64,000 bases of DNA from Candidatus Eiseniibacteriota bacterium. GTDB taxonomy: Bacteria; Orphanbacterota; Orphanbacteria; Orphanbacterales; Orphanbacteraceae. Under the pieces are notes generated by a model, which saw only the letters and a list, made by a program, of their open reading frames with translations, was not told the origin of the DNA and searched no databases. The stretch spans positions 1-64,000 of the forward strand of contig JBDROZ010000022.1 of NCBI GenBank assembly GCA_043809585.1. Direction: 5' to 3'. Positions 1 through 12,892 of this stretch are shown in pieces; position 1 is the stretch's first letter, and each line of letters starts with the position of its first letter. The position numbers and the translations under genes were made by a program.

Positions 1-141
1 TGGGCAATACCCGTCCGGAGGGGGGCGGGACCGTGGTCCGGCTTCGGGAGGCGACCGAGCCCGGGTACCCACCGGAGCCGCAGGCGGAGGTGGGTGGGCG
101 AGGAAGCATCCGGAGCGAGGACGCGCGGAGGATGATGCCTA
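1..141. repeat. Rod-like imperfect palindrome, possible divergent member of the structured repeat family (may be cut by the window edge)
   Basis: Nested inverted segments TGGGCA/TGCCTA, GCTTCGG/CCGGAGC and ACCCAC/GTGGGT, with CGAG/CGGAG/CGAGG bulges. Ends in CTA. Confidence 0.4.
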
Positions 142-322
142 CAGATCTCCCACTCATTCCAAAGCAATGAGCGCGGTAAGTCTGACGAGCACTGCAGCGG
201 AGAGGAGCGGTCAGGCTCTCCCCGTGCAAATAATGAAGAATAGAGAGACGCTTTCGCCGCTTATCAGGTATAATGATCGAAACCATGTGTTTACGGTCAC
301 CCCTCTCCGAAGGAAACGACTC

Positions 323-2636
323 ATGAAGCGATTGCGGTTCCTTCTCGTTTTCGTCCTCCTCGCCGCCGGACCCGCCGCCGCCGAGGACGATTCCCCCATC
401 GAGCAGTTCCGGAGGGCCGAATGGGCCCGGCACCTCCGCGTTCTCATGGCCGAATCGGGCGCCCTCGGGAAGATCCCGCACCACGACCCGGTCTACGACG
501 TCACCTTCTACGACATCGACGTCACCCTGGACCCCTCCGACTCGACCCTCACGGGGACCGTCTGGGTCCACGCCCGTTCCCAAGTCGATTCCCTGACGAG
601 CATCGGCCTCGACCTGATCGACACGGTGGAGGTCGACTCCGCCGCGGGCCGCACCCTCACCCTCCGGGTCGACTCCGTCGGCGGCGACGGCATCGCCTTC
701 ACCCACGCGAACGACTTCCTCGCCATCGAGCTCGGCGGCTCCTTCGACTCGTCCGAAACCTTCGCGGTGCGCGTCGACTACCACGGCTCGCCGCGCCCCT
801 TCCACCGGAACGGCCTCTCCTGGAAGAAGCACGGCGGCACCCCGATCGTCTTCACCATGGTCGAGCCCTTCTTCTCCTATCACTGGTGGCCGTGCAAAGA
901 CGTGCCGTGGGACAAGGCGGACTCCGCCGCGGTGACCGTCACCATGCCCGAGGGCTTCGTCGCCGTGTCGAACGGCCTCCGCCTCCGGGAAGACCGCACC
1001 TCCACGCCCGGGTGGTGGACCACCGAGTGGAAGACCCGGCACCCCATTCCCCCCTACCTCATCATGATCGCCGCCACCGACTACGAGGTGATCCAGGACG
1101 TCTACGACCCGCCCGGGACGGGGCGGCCGTCGGTGCCGATCAGCCACTACGTCTTCCCCGAGGACTACTCCTACGCCGAGACCACCTTCGCCTTCGTCCC
1201 CGCCATGCTCGAGTTCTGCGAGAACGTCTTCGGCGAGTACCCCTTCGCCGACGAGCGGTACGGCCACGCGGCGGTCAGCGGCACCGGCGCCATGGAGCAC
1301 AACACGTGCACCAGTTTCGGCGACAGGCTCATCGTCGGGAACCGGGGGAGCGACGACGTCATCGTCCACGAGCTCGGCCACCAGTGGTGGGGGGATCTCG
1401 TGACCTGCGACGACTGGAATCACATCTGGCTGAACGAGGGATTCGCCACCTACACCGAGGCGCTCTGGGCCGAGTGGCGGGGGGGGGCAGGCCGCGCTCA
1501 CCCATCAGATGGAGACGACCGAGTACTTCGGGAGCCAGTCGGTCTTCGTCGAACCGGTGCCGGACGACGACTCCCTCTTCTCCTCCCTCTACTTCGGCGC
1601 CGTCTACTCGAAGGGAGCCTGGGTCCTCCACATGCTCCGGCGCACGGTGGGCGACGATGTCTTCTTCGACATTCTAAGCAGGCACAGGGACGACGGCGTC
1701 GCCCGGGGGGGATTCGCGAACACGGGCCAGTTCATCGAGATCTCCGAAGATCTGTCCGGCATGGACCTGGAGCGTTTCTTCCGTCAGTGGCTGTATCTGA
1801 CCGGCGTGCCGACCTTCGAAATCGAACCGTTCGTGAGCGCCTCGGGAAATACTCTCTGGCTCCGCCTCGCCCAGGACGCCGCGCAGGACACGTGCTTCGC
1901 GGCGGATCTGGAGGTGACGGTCTTTCTCGCGAGCGGGAAGGACACGGTGCTCGTCGCGCCCGTGCGGGCCTGGACCGACACGGTCGTGCTCGTGTGCGGC
2001 GGCCTCATCGAGAGCATCGCCTTCGACGAGGAGAACTGGCTCCTGGACGACGGCTTCCAGGGACCCGTCGACTACGCCCTCGCCATCGACGACGACGAGA
2101 CCGTGACGCTCCGGTGGGACGTGGTCGACGACTTCGTGACCGGGGTTTGGCTCTACAGCGCCCCGACGGCGAAGGGGCCGTGGAGCCTGGCGACCCCCGC
2201 CCTCAGCCCCCTCCCGAAGAGCGGCGAGTGGGAGGCGGGGCGCCCCTCGGAAACGACGTACTACGTGATCCGGGCGGTGTCCGATTCCCTTCCCGGCTAC
2301 GAGTCGACACCCTCCAACGTGGTTCTGACGAAGACCCCCGGATCGACCGCGACCCTGACCGACTCCACCGCCACGAACCCCTACGTCCTCGGCGGCGATC
2401 CGTACGCCGTGAAGTTCAATCTCGCCCGGCCGGGCAACGTGTCGATCCGGGTCTACGACATCAGCGGCCGCCTCGTGCGGGAGCTCCGGAACGCCTACAT
2501 GCCCGCCGGCTTCGGCCACCGCGTCCAGTGGAACGGCGACAACGGCGACGGCCGCCGCGTCGCCCCCGGCATCTATCTCATCCGCTTCGAGGCGGACGGC
2601 CTCCAAACCACCCGGAAGGTGGTAGTGCTGAATTAG
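323..2636 (+). pseudogene. Secreted M1-family Zn aminopeptidase with C-terminal FlgD-Ig-like domain, frameshifted at a G9 tract (1479-1487)
   Basis: Signal peptide MKRLRFLLVFVLLAAGPAAA, then GAMEH and HELGH-x18-E (NEGFATY). The M1 continuation (VYSKGAWVLHMLR) and the FlgD tail (VYDISGRLVREL...WNGDNGDG...GIYLIRF) are in another frame. Removing one G restores a ~770 aa ORF. Confidence 0.85.
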
Positions 2637-2659
2637 CCTCGGTCATTCATGGACGAGGG

Positions 2660-2688
2660 AACGCCTCCCGTGATCCGCGGGAGGCGTT
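2660..2688. terminator. Hairpin between convergent genes (likely terminator)
   Basis: 11-bp perfect stem AACGCCTCCCG/CGGGAGGCGTT between the peptidase and clpB stop codons. Confidence 0.6.
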
Positions 2689-2719
2689 GTCGTTTCGCGG
2701 GGATTCCCGGAACTGCCCT

Positions 2720-5398
<2,679 letters not shown>

Positions 5399-5501
5399 TC
5401 TCTCGTTCCTCGGCCGTCCCCCGGTGCGCCGCCCCGGGACCACCACTCAACCAACATAAATACAACGAGTTATGAAATTGCGCTTCCCTTGGCGCACCCA
5501 T

Positions 5502-5530
5502 AAAGTACCGGGCGAGAGGAGAGCGCGCAA
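5502..5530 (-). promoter_or_regulatory. Sigma70-type promoter of clpB
   Basis: TTGCGC-N17-TACTTT on the minus strand. Confidence 0.5.
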
Positions 5531-5544
5531 GGGGGCGGAGGGGG

Positions 5545-6936
5545 TCAGCGGCCTCCCCCTCTCGCTTTTCCTTCGGGATCGCCCTCCTCGTGCAGCCAGG
5601 CGAGCGCGCCTTCGAGGTCGTCGAATCGTCCTTCGATCTGCGCTTCGAAGGCGAGGGCGAGGACCTCGCCCATGGCCGGGCCCGGTCGGTAGCCGAGCTC
5701 CAGCAGGTGCCGCCCCATGAGGACCGCTCTCGGGCCCCGGTCCGCGACTTCCAGTTCCTCCGCCATGGCGAGAAGCCAATCGCCGGCGGGGAAGACCCGG
5801 GCGATCGCGTCGGGCGTGGTGCGGCCGTAATGGTCGGCCCGGGCGTGGCGCACGAGCCGCGCGATCGGGACCTTCGTCGCCAGGCGGCGCACCGCCGTCG
5901 GCCCGGCGCCCCCCAAGTGGAGCGAATGGGGACGGAGGTGGTGGACGACGAGGGCAACCACGTCGTCGACGAGCTTTTTCTCCCGGGTGATGCGGTCCAT
6001 GAAGGCCCGGGTCGGCCGCTCGCCGAGGGGCTCGTGATTGGGCGAGCGGACGCGGCCGTCCCCTTCGTCGCCCGTCACGAGGGGCTTGCCCAAGTCGTGG
6101 CAGAGGGCGGCGAACATGAGGATCAGGTCTTCGTCCGAATCCCCGGTGCGAAGCGACGCGGCGGCGTCGAGCACCAGAAGGGTGTGCGCCCAGACGTCCC
6201 CCTCGGGATGCCACTCGTACTCCTGGGGGCAGCCGATGAGCGATTCCAGATCGGGAAAGAAGCGGGTGAGGCCGACGATGCGCATGGTCTGGAAGCCGAC
6301 CGACGGATGGCGCGTCTCGAGGAGCAGGCGCCGGAACTCCTCGAAGAGGCGCTCGGCGGGGAGCTCCGAGAGATCGAGGGCCCGGCAGAGATCGGCGGTC
6401 TCCGCTTCGACCTGAAAGAGGAAACGGGCGGCGAAACGGCAGACCCGGAGCCCCCGGAGCGGGTCCTCGCCGAAGTGGGCGGCGTCCACGGCCCGGAGCA
6501 TCCGTTTCTCGATATCCCGGCGTCCGCCGTGGGGATCGAGGATTTCTCCGGTGAGGAGGTCCTCGCCCATGGCGTTGATGGTCAGGTCCCGCCGGCGGCC
6601 GGCCTCTTCGAAGCTCAGGTTCGGATCGGAATCGATGCGGAAGCCTTTGTGGCCGGAGCCGATCTTGGTCTCCCGGCGGGGAATCGACACGTCCACGCCG
6701 GCGACCTTGAGGACGCCGAACGCCTTGCCCACCAGATCGACCCGGCCGAAGGGGCGGAGGATCTCCACGAGCCGGTCCGGCGGGATACCGAAGACTTCGA
6801 GGTCGAGGTCCTTGCGCTCCTCGTCCGTCGCGAGAAACCGGTCCCGCACCCAGCCGCCGACGGCGAGGGCCCTCCCCCCTTCGTCCGCCACGGCCCGGCA
6901 GATCCTCTTCGCCCTCTCCTCTACGCCCCCTTCCAA
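5545..6936 (-). CDS. cca: tRNA nucleotidyltransferase (CCA-adding class II) with HD domain
   Basis: VGGWVRD, DLDLE, RRDLTINA, EDPLR, HPEGDVWAHT and CHDLGK motifs. TTG start uncertain. Confidence 0.88.
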   Translation of the reverse strand: MEGGVEERAKRICRAVADEGGRALAVGGWVRDRFLATDEERKDLDLEVFGIPPDRLVEILRPFGRVDLVGKAFGVLKVAGVDVSIPRRETKIGSGHKGFRIDSDPNLSFEEAGRRRDLTINAMGEDLLTGEILDPHGGRRDIEKRMLRAVDAAHFGEDPLRGLRVCRFAARFLFQVEAETADLCRALDLSELPAERLFEEFRRLLLETRHPSVGFQTMRIVGLTRFFPDLESLIGCPQEYEWHPEGDVWAHTLLVLDAAASLRTGDSDEDLILMFAALCHDLGKPLVTGDEGDGRVRSPNHEPLGERPTRAFMDRITREKKLVDDVVALVVHHLRPHSLHLGGAGPTAVRRLATKVPIARLVRHARADHYGRTTPDAIARVFPAGDWLLAMAEELEVADRGPRAVLMGRHLLELGYRPGPAMGEVLALAFEAQIEGRFDDLEGALAWLHEEGDPEGKARGGGR

Positions 6937-7043
6937 CCGATCCCTCCTCGCTGAGTCCTGCCCTCATTATAAGTGATTCCCATCCTAGAACGGGTCCCTG
7001 ACATGGGGTACTCTCGTCGTCGAATGGAAAGTGGGGGTGGACG

Positions 7044-8375
7044 ATGGCCGGATGGTTGGGATCGGTTTTCGGCAAGGACCCGGGGAAGCTGCTCGAGAAC
7101 GCGGAACGGTTCGCCGGCCTCGAGCGCTGGCCGGAGGCGATCGACAGTCTCGAGAAGGCGCTCGCCCATGCCTCCCGGGGGAAGCCCGGGATCGACGCGG
7201 TGATCCGGCGCCGGCTCCGAGAGTACTCCGACGCGTACGTGACCCAAATGGAGCAGGCGATTCCCCTCTTCCTCGAGGACGGCAACCGGGAGAAGGCGGA
7301 GGAGTTCGCCGAGATCGCGATCACCTTCACGGAGGATGAAAGCCGCCGGACGGCGATCCGGGGCCTGCTCGCCCGGGCGAAGCCGGCGAAGAAACCCCCC
7401 GCCCCGCCGCCGAGACCGGAGAAGTACGCCGACGAACTGATCGACTCCCTCCTTTACGGCTACCTCGAGAGCCTCGAACCGGAGGAAAGGGAACAGGTGG
7501 AGAAGCGCCCCCTCGCCTTCCAGCGGGCCTTCGTCTACTGGCACCAGGGGGAGCCGGAGGAGGCGAGGCGGGCGGCGGAGGACCATCTCTCCAAGGCGAT
7601 CGACGACCCGTGGGGCCATCTCTACCTCGGGCTCAGCCTCGCCTCCTTGGACCTCGCCGACGAGGCGGCCCGCGCCTTCGAGGCGGCCGCCGGCCTCGAC
7701 CCATCCCTCCTCCCCGCCACCCTCGGCCTCGCCGCCATGGAGCGGCAGCGGGGAAACGGGGACCGAGCGTTGGAACTCCTCGACAAGGCGACGAAAACCG
7801 TGCGCGCCCACCCCGACCGTTTCGGGGAGAAGCGCCGGGACGACGTGTTCCAGACGACACTCCAGGTGCTCGCGGAATCGGGGAGGCACAAATGGGCGGG
7901 CGAGCTGTACGGCGAGCTCCGCCGGGAAGGCCTCATTCCCCTGAACCTCGCCTTCGAGGCCCGTCTCGCCGAGGCCCGCGGCGATCTGGGCGGCGCGGCG
8001 GCGAGATGGGACACATTGCTCGGCTCACGGTCGGGCGGCGCCGGCGGCTCGATCACCGGTCACGGATTCGCGGGCGGCGCGGCGGGACCGGCCGATCACG
8101 AAGAGGCGGCCGACTTCTTCCACCGGGCCGGAGAAGGAAAGCGGGCCTTCGATCTCTACCAGAAGGCGGCCCTCCACGTCACCGATCGGATTCACTTCCA
8201 CGACGAAGAATCGCTCATGCCCCACCTCTTCCGGCTGAAGAAGAAGATCGCCCTCCTCTCCCTCGAGATCGGGCGGCCGAACGAGGCGCGGGCGATCGCC
8301 GACGAGCTGGCGGGCCTCGACGAGCCCCCGCCGGAGCTGGACGAGATCCGGAGGGCGATCGCGGAGTCGCCGTGA
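7044..8375 (+). CDS. Tetratricopeptide-repeat protein
   Basis: All-helical with TPR-like repeats (GHLYLGLSLASLDLADEAARAFEAA). Codon usage fits a real gene. Confidence 0.7.
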   Translation: MAGWLGSVFGKDPGKLLENAERFAGLERWPEAIDSLEKALAHASRGKPGIDAVIRRRLREYSDAYVTQMEQAIPLFLEDGNREKAEEFAEIAITFTEDESRRTAIRGLLARAKPAKKPPAPPPRPEKYADELIDSLLYGYLESLEPEEREQVEKRPLAFQRAFVYWHQGEPEEARRAAEDHLSKAIDDPWGHLYLGLSLASLDLADEAARAFEAAAGLDPSLLPATLGLAAMERQRGNGDRALELLDKATKTVRAHPDRFGEKRRDDVFQTTLQVLAESGRHKWAGELYGELRREGLIPLNLAFEARLAEARGDLGGAAARWDTLLGSRSGGAGGSITGHGFAGGAAGPADHEEAADFFHRAGEGKRAFDLYQKAALHVTDRIHFHDEESLMPHLFRLKKKIALLSLEIGRPNEARAIADELAGLDEPPPELDEIRRAIAESP

Positions 8376-8384
8376 CGGGGATCC

Positions 8385-10205
8385 CTACGGCTCGATCCAC
8401 TTCCCCCGGGATTGGATCAACTCCACGAGCCGATCCACCGCCGCCTCTTCGGAGATCCCCTTCGCCACCCGCTCGAATCCGACGTAGAGGTCGATCTTCT
8501 TCGGGCCGCTGCCGACGTAGCCGAAGTCGGCGTCCGCCATTTCGCCCGGCCCGTTCACGATGCACCCCATGATCGCGATCTTCACGTCCTTCAGATGGGA
8601 GGTTCGCTCCCGGATGAGGCCGGTCACCTCCTCCAGGTCGAAGAGCGTGCGGCCGCAGGAAGGACAGGAGATGTACTCGACCCGGGTGATGCGCCGCCGG
8701 CTCCCCTGGAGCACCTCCCACGCGGTCCCCGCGCCACGCGCCCCCCGGACGAACAGGGCGTCGCCGATCCCGGCGAGGAGGGGGGGCGAGAGTCGGACCG
8801 CCGTCTCCATGGCGCTCCCCCCGCCGCCGTCGATGAGGAGCTGGGGCCAGGTCAGGCCGCGGCGGGCGAGTTCCTCCTCGAGCGCCGGCGCGAGGTCCGC
8901 CGCGAGACCATGAGGAGCGGCGACGAGCGCGCCCCTCTCGAAGGAGCGGGGCATCCCGGCGAGAAGCCGGTCGACCATGGGGCCGACGGCCCCCCGCGAT
9001 TCGGCGCGAAGGACGACGACCGGAAGCAGATCGGACCCCGGCGGGAAGGGATCGCCTTCGGCCTCGCCCCCCTCCCCGGGAAACGGGAAGAGCAGGGCAT
9101 CGGGCGTCCCCTCCCTCCCGATCGGCGCTCCGCCCGGCGAAGGGACGGCCAGGACCACCCCGAAGCCCCGATCCCGGAGACCGGCGACGTTCCCCGCCCC
9201 TTCGGCGACAAGGATCTCCGGCGGCTCCCCTCCCCCTCCGATCCCGCCCTCGTCCGCCAGCACCGCGACGGGCGATCCCGGTCCGACCGTCACGGAGCCG
9301 ATCCGGACCGGCCGCACCTCCCTTTCCGGCGTCCCCCGAGAGGCCCCTTCCCGGGCTTCCCGGATCGGCACGGCGATGGAGAGAATCTCCCGCGCCGCGG
9401 GCACCTCCTTCACCGGGTCCTCGGTGAGCGAAACCCGGATCGTGTCGCCGAGCCCCTCGGCGAGTAGCGTGCCGTTGCCGGAGGCGGAACGCACCCGCCC
9501 CTCCTCCCCGGAACCGGCTTCGGTGACTCCGACGTGCAGGGGATAGCGGCCGCCGCTCCCGTCGACCTTCTCCGCGAAGAGGCGGTTCGCCGCCACCGTG
9601 ACCGCCGGGATCGACGATTTCAGCGACACCACCACCTCCCGGTAACCGAGCCGCTCGCACACTTCCACGTACTCGAGGGCGGAGCGGACCATCCCCTCCG
9701 GGTTGTCGCCGTACTCGGCGGTGATCCGCTCCGACAGGGAGCCGTGGTTGACGCCGATCCGGAGGGCCGCTCCGTTCGCCTTCAGCCTCTCCACCAGGGG
9801 GCCGAAAACCTCGCCTACCCGCGCCCGGCCTTCGATGAAGGTCTCTCCGGTCCGCGTCCGGCCCGGACGGTCGGTGAAATTGCCCGGATTGACGCGCACC
9901 TTTTCGACCGTCTCGGCGGCGAGGAGCGCGGCGTTGGGAGTGTAGTGGATGTCGGCCACGAGGGGCGCCGCGCACCCTTCCGCGCGCACCCGGGCGTGAA
10001 TCTCCCGGAGCGCCTCGGCGGCGCGCACCGAGGGGACCGTGAGGCGGACGATCTCCGACCCCGCCCGGGCGAGGTCGAGCACCTGGCGGACCGACGCCTC
10101 CACGTCGTTCGTGTCCGCCGTCGTCATCGACTGGATGACGATCGGGTTCGCCCCCCCCACGGAAACGCCCCCGATCCTCACCTCCCGGGTTTTCCTCCGC
10201 TCCAC
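8385..10205 (-). CDS. ispG: HMBPP synthase IspG (long form with central insertion)
   Basis: IQSMTTADT, LVADIHY, RINPGN-like RVNPGN, RIGVNHGSLS, GVTEAG, SCPSCGRT, MGCIVNGPGE. Confidence 0.95.
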   Translation of the reverse strand: MERRKTREVRIGGVSVGGANPIVIQSMTTADTNDVEASVRQVLDLARAGSEIVRLTVPSVRAAEALREIHARVRAEGCAAPLVADIHYTPNAALLAAETVEKVRVNPGNFTDRPGRTRTGETFIEGRARVGEVFGPLVERLKANGAALRIGVNHGSLSERITAEYGDNPEGMVRSALEYVEVCERLGYREVVVSLKSSIPAVTVAANRLFAEKVDGSGGRYPLHVGVTEAGSGEEGRVRSASGNGTLLAEGLGDTIRVSLTEDPVKEVPAAREILSIAVPIREAREGASRGTPEREVRPVRIGSVTVGPGSPVAVLADEGGIGGGGEPPEILVAEGAGNVAGLRDRGFGVVLAVPSPGGAPIGREGTPDALLFPFPGEGGEAEGDPFPPGSDLLPVVVLRAESRGAVGPMVDRLLAGMPRSFERGALVAAPHGLAADLAPALEEELARRGLTWPQLLIDGGGGSAMETAVRLSPPLLAGIGDALFVRGARGAGTAWEVLQGSRRRITRVEYISCPSCGRTLFDLEEVTGLIRERTSHLKDVKIAIMGCIVNGPGEMADADFGYVGSGPKKIDLYVGFERVAKGISEEAAVDRLVELIQSRGKWIEP

Positions 10206-10315
10206 GGCAGCCTCCTCTCATGGAGTAACATAGATCGGCGGGCCCCCTGAAACAAGCCGGGGTTCTGCGCGATTGAACATGGGGGACCGATTCTGGTAGT
10301 TTTTCGCGAGGGGAG

Positions 10316-11470
10316 GTGTTCGAAGCGATGGAGATCATGGACCGGATGAGGGAGATCGGGCAGGTCGGCGGTCAGGGAATGACCGTCGGCGACGGAGTCC
10401 TCCTGATCGTCTGCATCCTCACCGCTCAGGTCGTCCGCAAGCTGTTCCAGAACTACGTCGTCAAGCGCCTTATAAGGCTCTCGTCGAAGACGGGAAGCGA
10501 AGTCGACGACGAACTCGTCCGGGCTATCGAAAAGCCGGTCGGATTCCTGATCCTCCTGGCCGGCCTTCACGTCGGTCTCAGCCTCGTCGGTCTCCCCCGG
10601 GAGCCGATCGACATCCGCCGCTTCTTCGAAGTGCTCCTCCTCCTTCTCGTGACGGTCGACGTCGCCTGGCTCTTCATGCGCCTCGCCGACGTGCTGGCCC
10701 TCTTCCTCCAGGGGATCGCCATCCGGACCGACTCCGCCCTCGACGACCAACTCGTTCCGCTGATTCGCAAATCGATCAAGGTCGGCGTCGCGATCCTCGC
10801 TTTCGTTCTGATCGTGCAGAACCTCGGCTACCAGGTGACGGGTCTCCTCGCGGGGCTCGGGATCGGCGGCCTCGCCATCGCCCTCGCCGCCCAGAGCACG
10901 CTCGCGAACCTCTTCGGCTCGGTGACCATCATCCTCGACCGGCCCTTCCGGGTAGGCGAGACGATCCAGGGAGACGGCTTCACCGGAGTGGTCGAGGAGA
11001 TCGGGCTCCGGTCCAGCCGGATCCGGACCTTCGAACAAACCCTCGTGACCGTGCCGAACGCGAACCTGGCGAACATGACCGTCGACAACTGGTCGCAGCG
11101 CCCCGCCCGCCGGGTCCAGTTCACGGTGGGCGTCACCTACGAGACGACGGCCGATCGGATGGTAAGGGCCCTCGAGGGGATTCGTCGAATCCTCGCCGGC
11201 CATCCGGAAGCCTTGGAGGAGGGTTCGATCGTTCGGTTCTCCGAGTTCGGCGGGAGTTCCCTCGATATTCTGGTCCGCTTCTTCACGCCCCGAACGGAGT
11301 ATCTCGACTTCCTCCGGGTCCGGGAGGAAGTGAACCTCGCGGTCATGCGCGCCCTCGCCGATCTCGGCCTGGAGGTCGCCTTCCCCACCCGCACCGTTTA
11401 TCTCCGGAACGAAGGATACTGGGGCGATCCGGCTCGGGCGGAGGCGTCCCGAATTCCTGGCCGATCATAG
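10316..11470 (+). CDS. mscS: Small-conductance mechanosensitive channel (MscS family)
   Basis: GLGIGGLAIALAAQ, DRPFRVGE, GVVEEIGLRSSRIRT and AFPTRTV motifs. Several TM helices. Start uncertain. Confidence 0.9.
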   Translation: MFEAMEIMDRMREIGQVGGQGMTVGDGVLLIVCILTAQVVRKLFQNYVVKRLIRLSSKTGSEVDDELVRAIEKPVGFLILLAGLHVGLSLVGLPREPIDIRRFFEVLLLLLVTVDVAWLFMRLADVLALFLQGIAIRTDSALDDQLVPLIRKSIKVGVAILAFVLIVQNLGYQVTGLLAGLGIGGLAIALAAQSTLANLFGSVTIILDRPFRVGETIQGDGFTGVVEEIGLRSSRIRTFEQTLVTVPNANLANMTVDNWSQRPARRVQFTVGVTYETTADRMVRALEGIRRILAGHPEALEEGSIVRFSEFGGSSLDILVRFFTPRTEYLDFLRVREEVNLAVMRALADLGLEVAFPTRTVYLRNEGYWGDPARAEASRIPGRS

Positions 11471-11714
11471 CCTGGAGGATGCACGGGATTTCGTCGCGAG
11501 GATTCGGGTCGCGAGGCGAGAGGCCGACTTGGACGAGCCGCTCCCGGAGGCGGGGCCATAAGATCCTCCCCCCGGGCGCTAACACTTATCGCTCCTAACC
11601 GTCGCGATAAGTCAAAGCGCCCGACGGGCCCCGTCGAGGAAGCGGCGAAAGAAAGGAGGTCTCGTAGCCCGCGAGCCGAAGCCGCAGCAGAAAGATCGTG
11701 CATTCTACAGGCTA
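11468..11714 (+). repeat. Structured palindromic repeat, copy A (247 bp)
   Basis: Terminal arms TAGCCTGGAGGATGCACG / CGTGCATTCTACAGGCTA. Fills the whole gap between two convergent TAG stops. 160-nt core nearly identical to copy B. Confidence 0.92.
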
Positions 11715-12818
11715 CTCGAAGAGGACGGCCAATTCGTCCATGGAGAGCGGGGGCTTCCGGGCGAGGGACAGGTTCTCCGCCACGTGCACGTCCTTGCTCA
11801 TGCCGACGAGCACCGACGCCACACCGGGGATGGAGCGGGCGAATTGGATCGCCTTCTTGGCGTTCGAGTCGATGTCTTTCAATCCCCGGGCGAGAAGGTC
11901 GGGGAACTGGCGGAGCAACCGCCCCTGAAGGAAGGGGGCGGAGAAGGTCATCGCGACGCCGAGCCTGGCCGCGGCGTCCACGGCCGAGAGGGGCATCCCC
12001 TCGACCTCCTGGCCGGCCAGGGCGAATCCCTCCATCATGGCGATGTTGAACGGGAGCTGCACGGCGGCGAAGTGATGGTTCTCGCCGGCCACCTTCCGGG
12101 CGATCTTCACCAGGTCCTCGAGGGAGATGTGCACCGGGCTCGACGGCTCCGCGCGGAACGCCTCCCACGACGACACGCCGTACCGGGCGATCCGCCCGAC
12201 CGCCGCCTCCTCCTCGAGAAACGCGAAGGCCCGCTTCATCCGGTCGAGGAAGGCCCCCCGGGGGAGGACGGCGCGGTGCACCTCCGGATTGTGCAGGTAG
12301 TAGATGTCGATCGTCCGGGCCCGCAGGTTTTCGAGGCTCCGGGTGATCTGGGTCTCGAGGAAGCGCGGCGTCATGGCGTGGCAGCCGCCGACGAGATCAT
12401 CCTCCTCGACGATCCCCGGCTCCACGTATGATTCGCGGATGAATCGGCGGATGTTCTTCGGCGCTTCGCCGTCGAAGGGAACGTATCCCCCCTTCGTACA
12501 GAGGATCACTTCGTTCCGGGCGATCCGGCCTTCGTCCGACAGGATCTCCAGGGTCCGGCCGATGATCTTCTCGCTCCGCATGCAGCGGTAGTTGATCGCC
12601 GTGTCGAGGTGATTGCAGCCGGTCTTCAGGGCCTCGACCAGGGCTCCTCTGTAATCGGCGTCGGTCTCCTCGTTGTGGGGGCCGAGATAGGTGCCGATGC
12701 CGATGGTGCCGACCACGAGGTCGTCGATGAAACGGAAGTGCTCCGGCGACAGCTTCCCGGTGAATCGATCGCGGTAGGCGGCGGTTCCTTCCGCCGTCGC
12801 GCGCCCTTCGATGGTCAA
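11712..12818 (-). CDS. Aldo/keto reductase
   Basis: GIGTY, DTAINY, CTKGG and YYLHNPE (D/Y/K/H tetrad). TTG start after an AAGGAG SD. Confidence 0.88.
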   Translation of the reverse strand: MTIEGRATAEGTAAYRDRFTGKLSPEHFRFIDDLVVGTIGIGTYLGPHNEETDADYRGALVEALKTGCNHLDTAINYRCMRSEKIIGRTLEILSDEGRIARNEVILCTKGGYVPFDGEAPKNIRRFIRESYVEPGIVEEDDLVGGCHAMTPRFLETQITRSLENLRARTIDIYYLHNPEVHRAVLPRGAFLDRMKRAFAFLEEEAAVGRIARYGVSSWEAFRAEPSSPVHISLEDLVKIARKVAGENHHFAAVQLPFNIAMMEGFALAGQEVEGMPLSAVDAAARLGVAMTFSAPFLQGRLLRQFPDLLARGLKDIDSNAKKAIQFARSIPGVASVLVGMSKDVHVAENLSLARKPPLSMDELAVLFE

Positions 12819-12892
12819 GACGGTCTCCTTCCCCGAGGACCGGAAGACGTTAGCAGGCGGTGGGCCCGATTGCAATCCCCGCCGTCGCCCCG

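Noticed and set aside
5399-5545. CIRCE, HAIR or CtsR operator upstream of clpB
   Set aside because: Only a single TTGAGT half-site is present, with no complete inverted or direct repeat.
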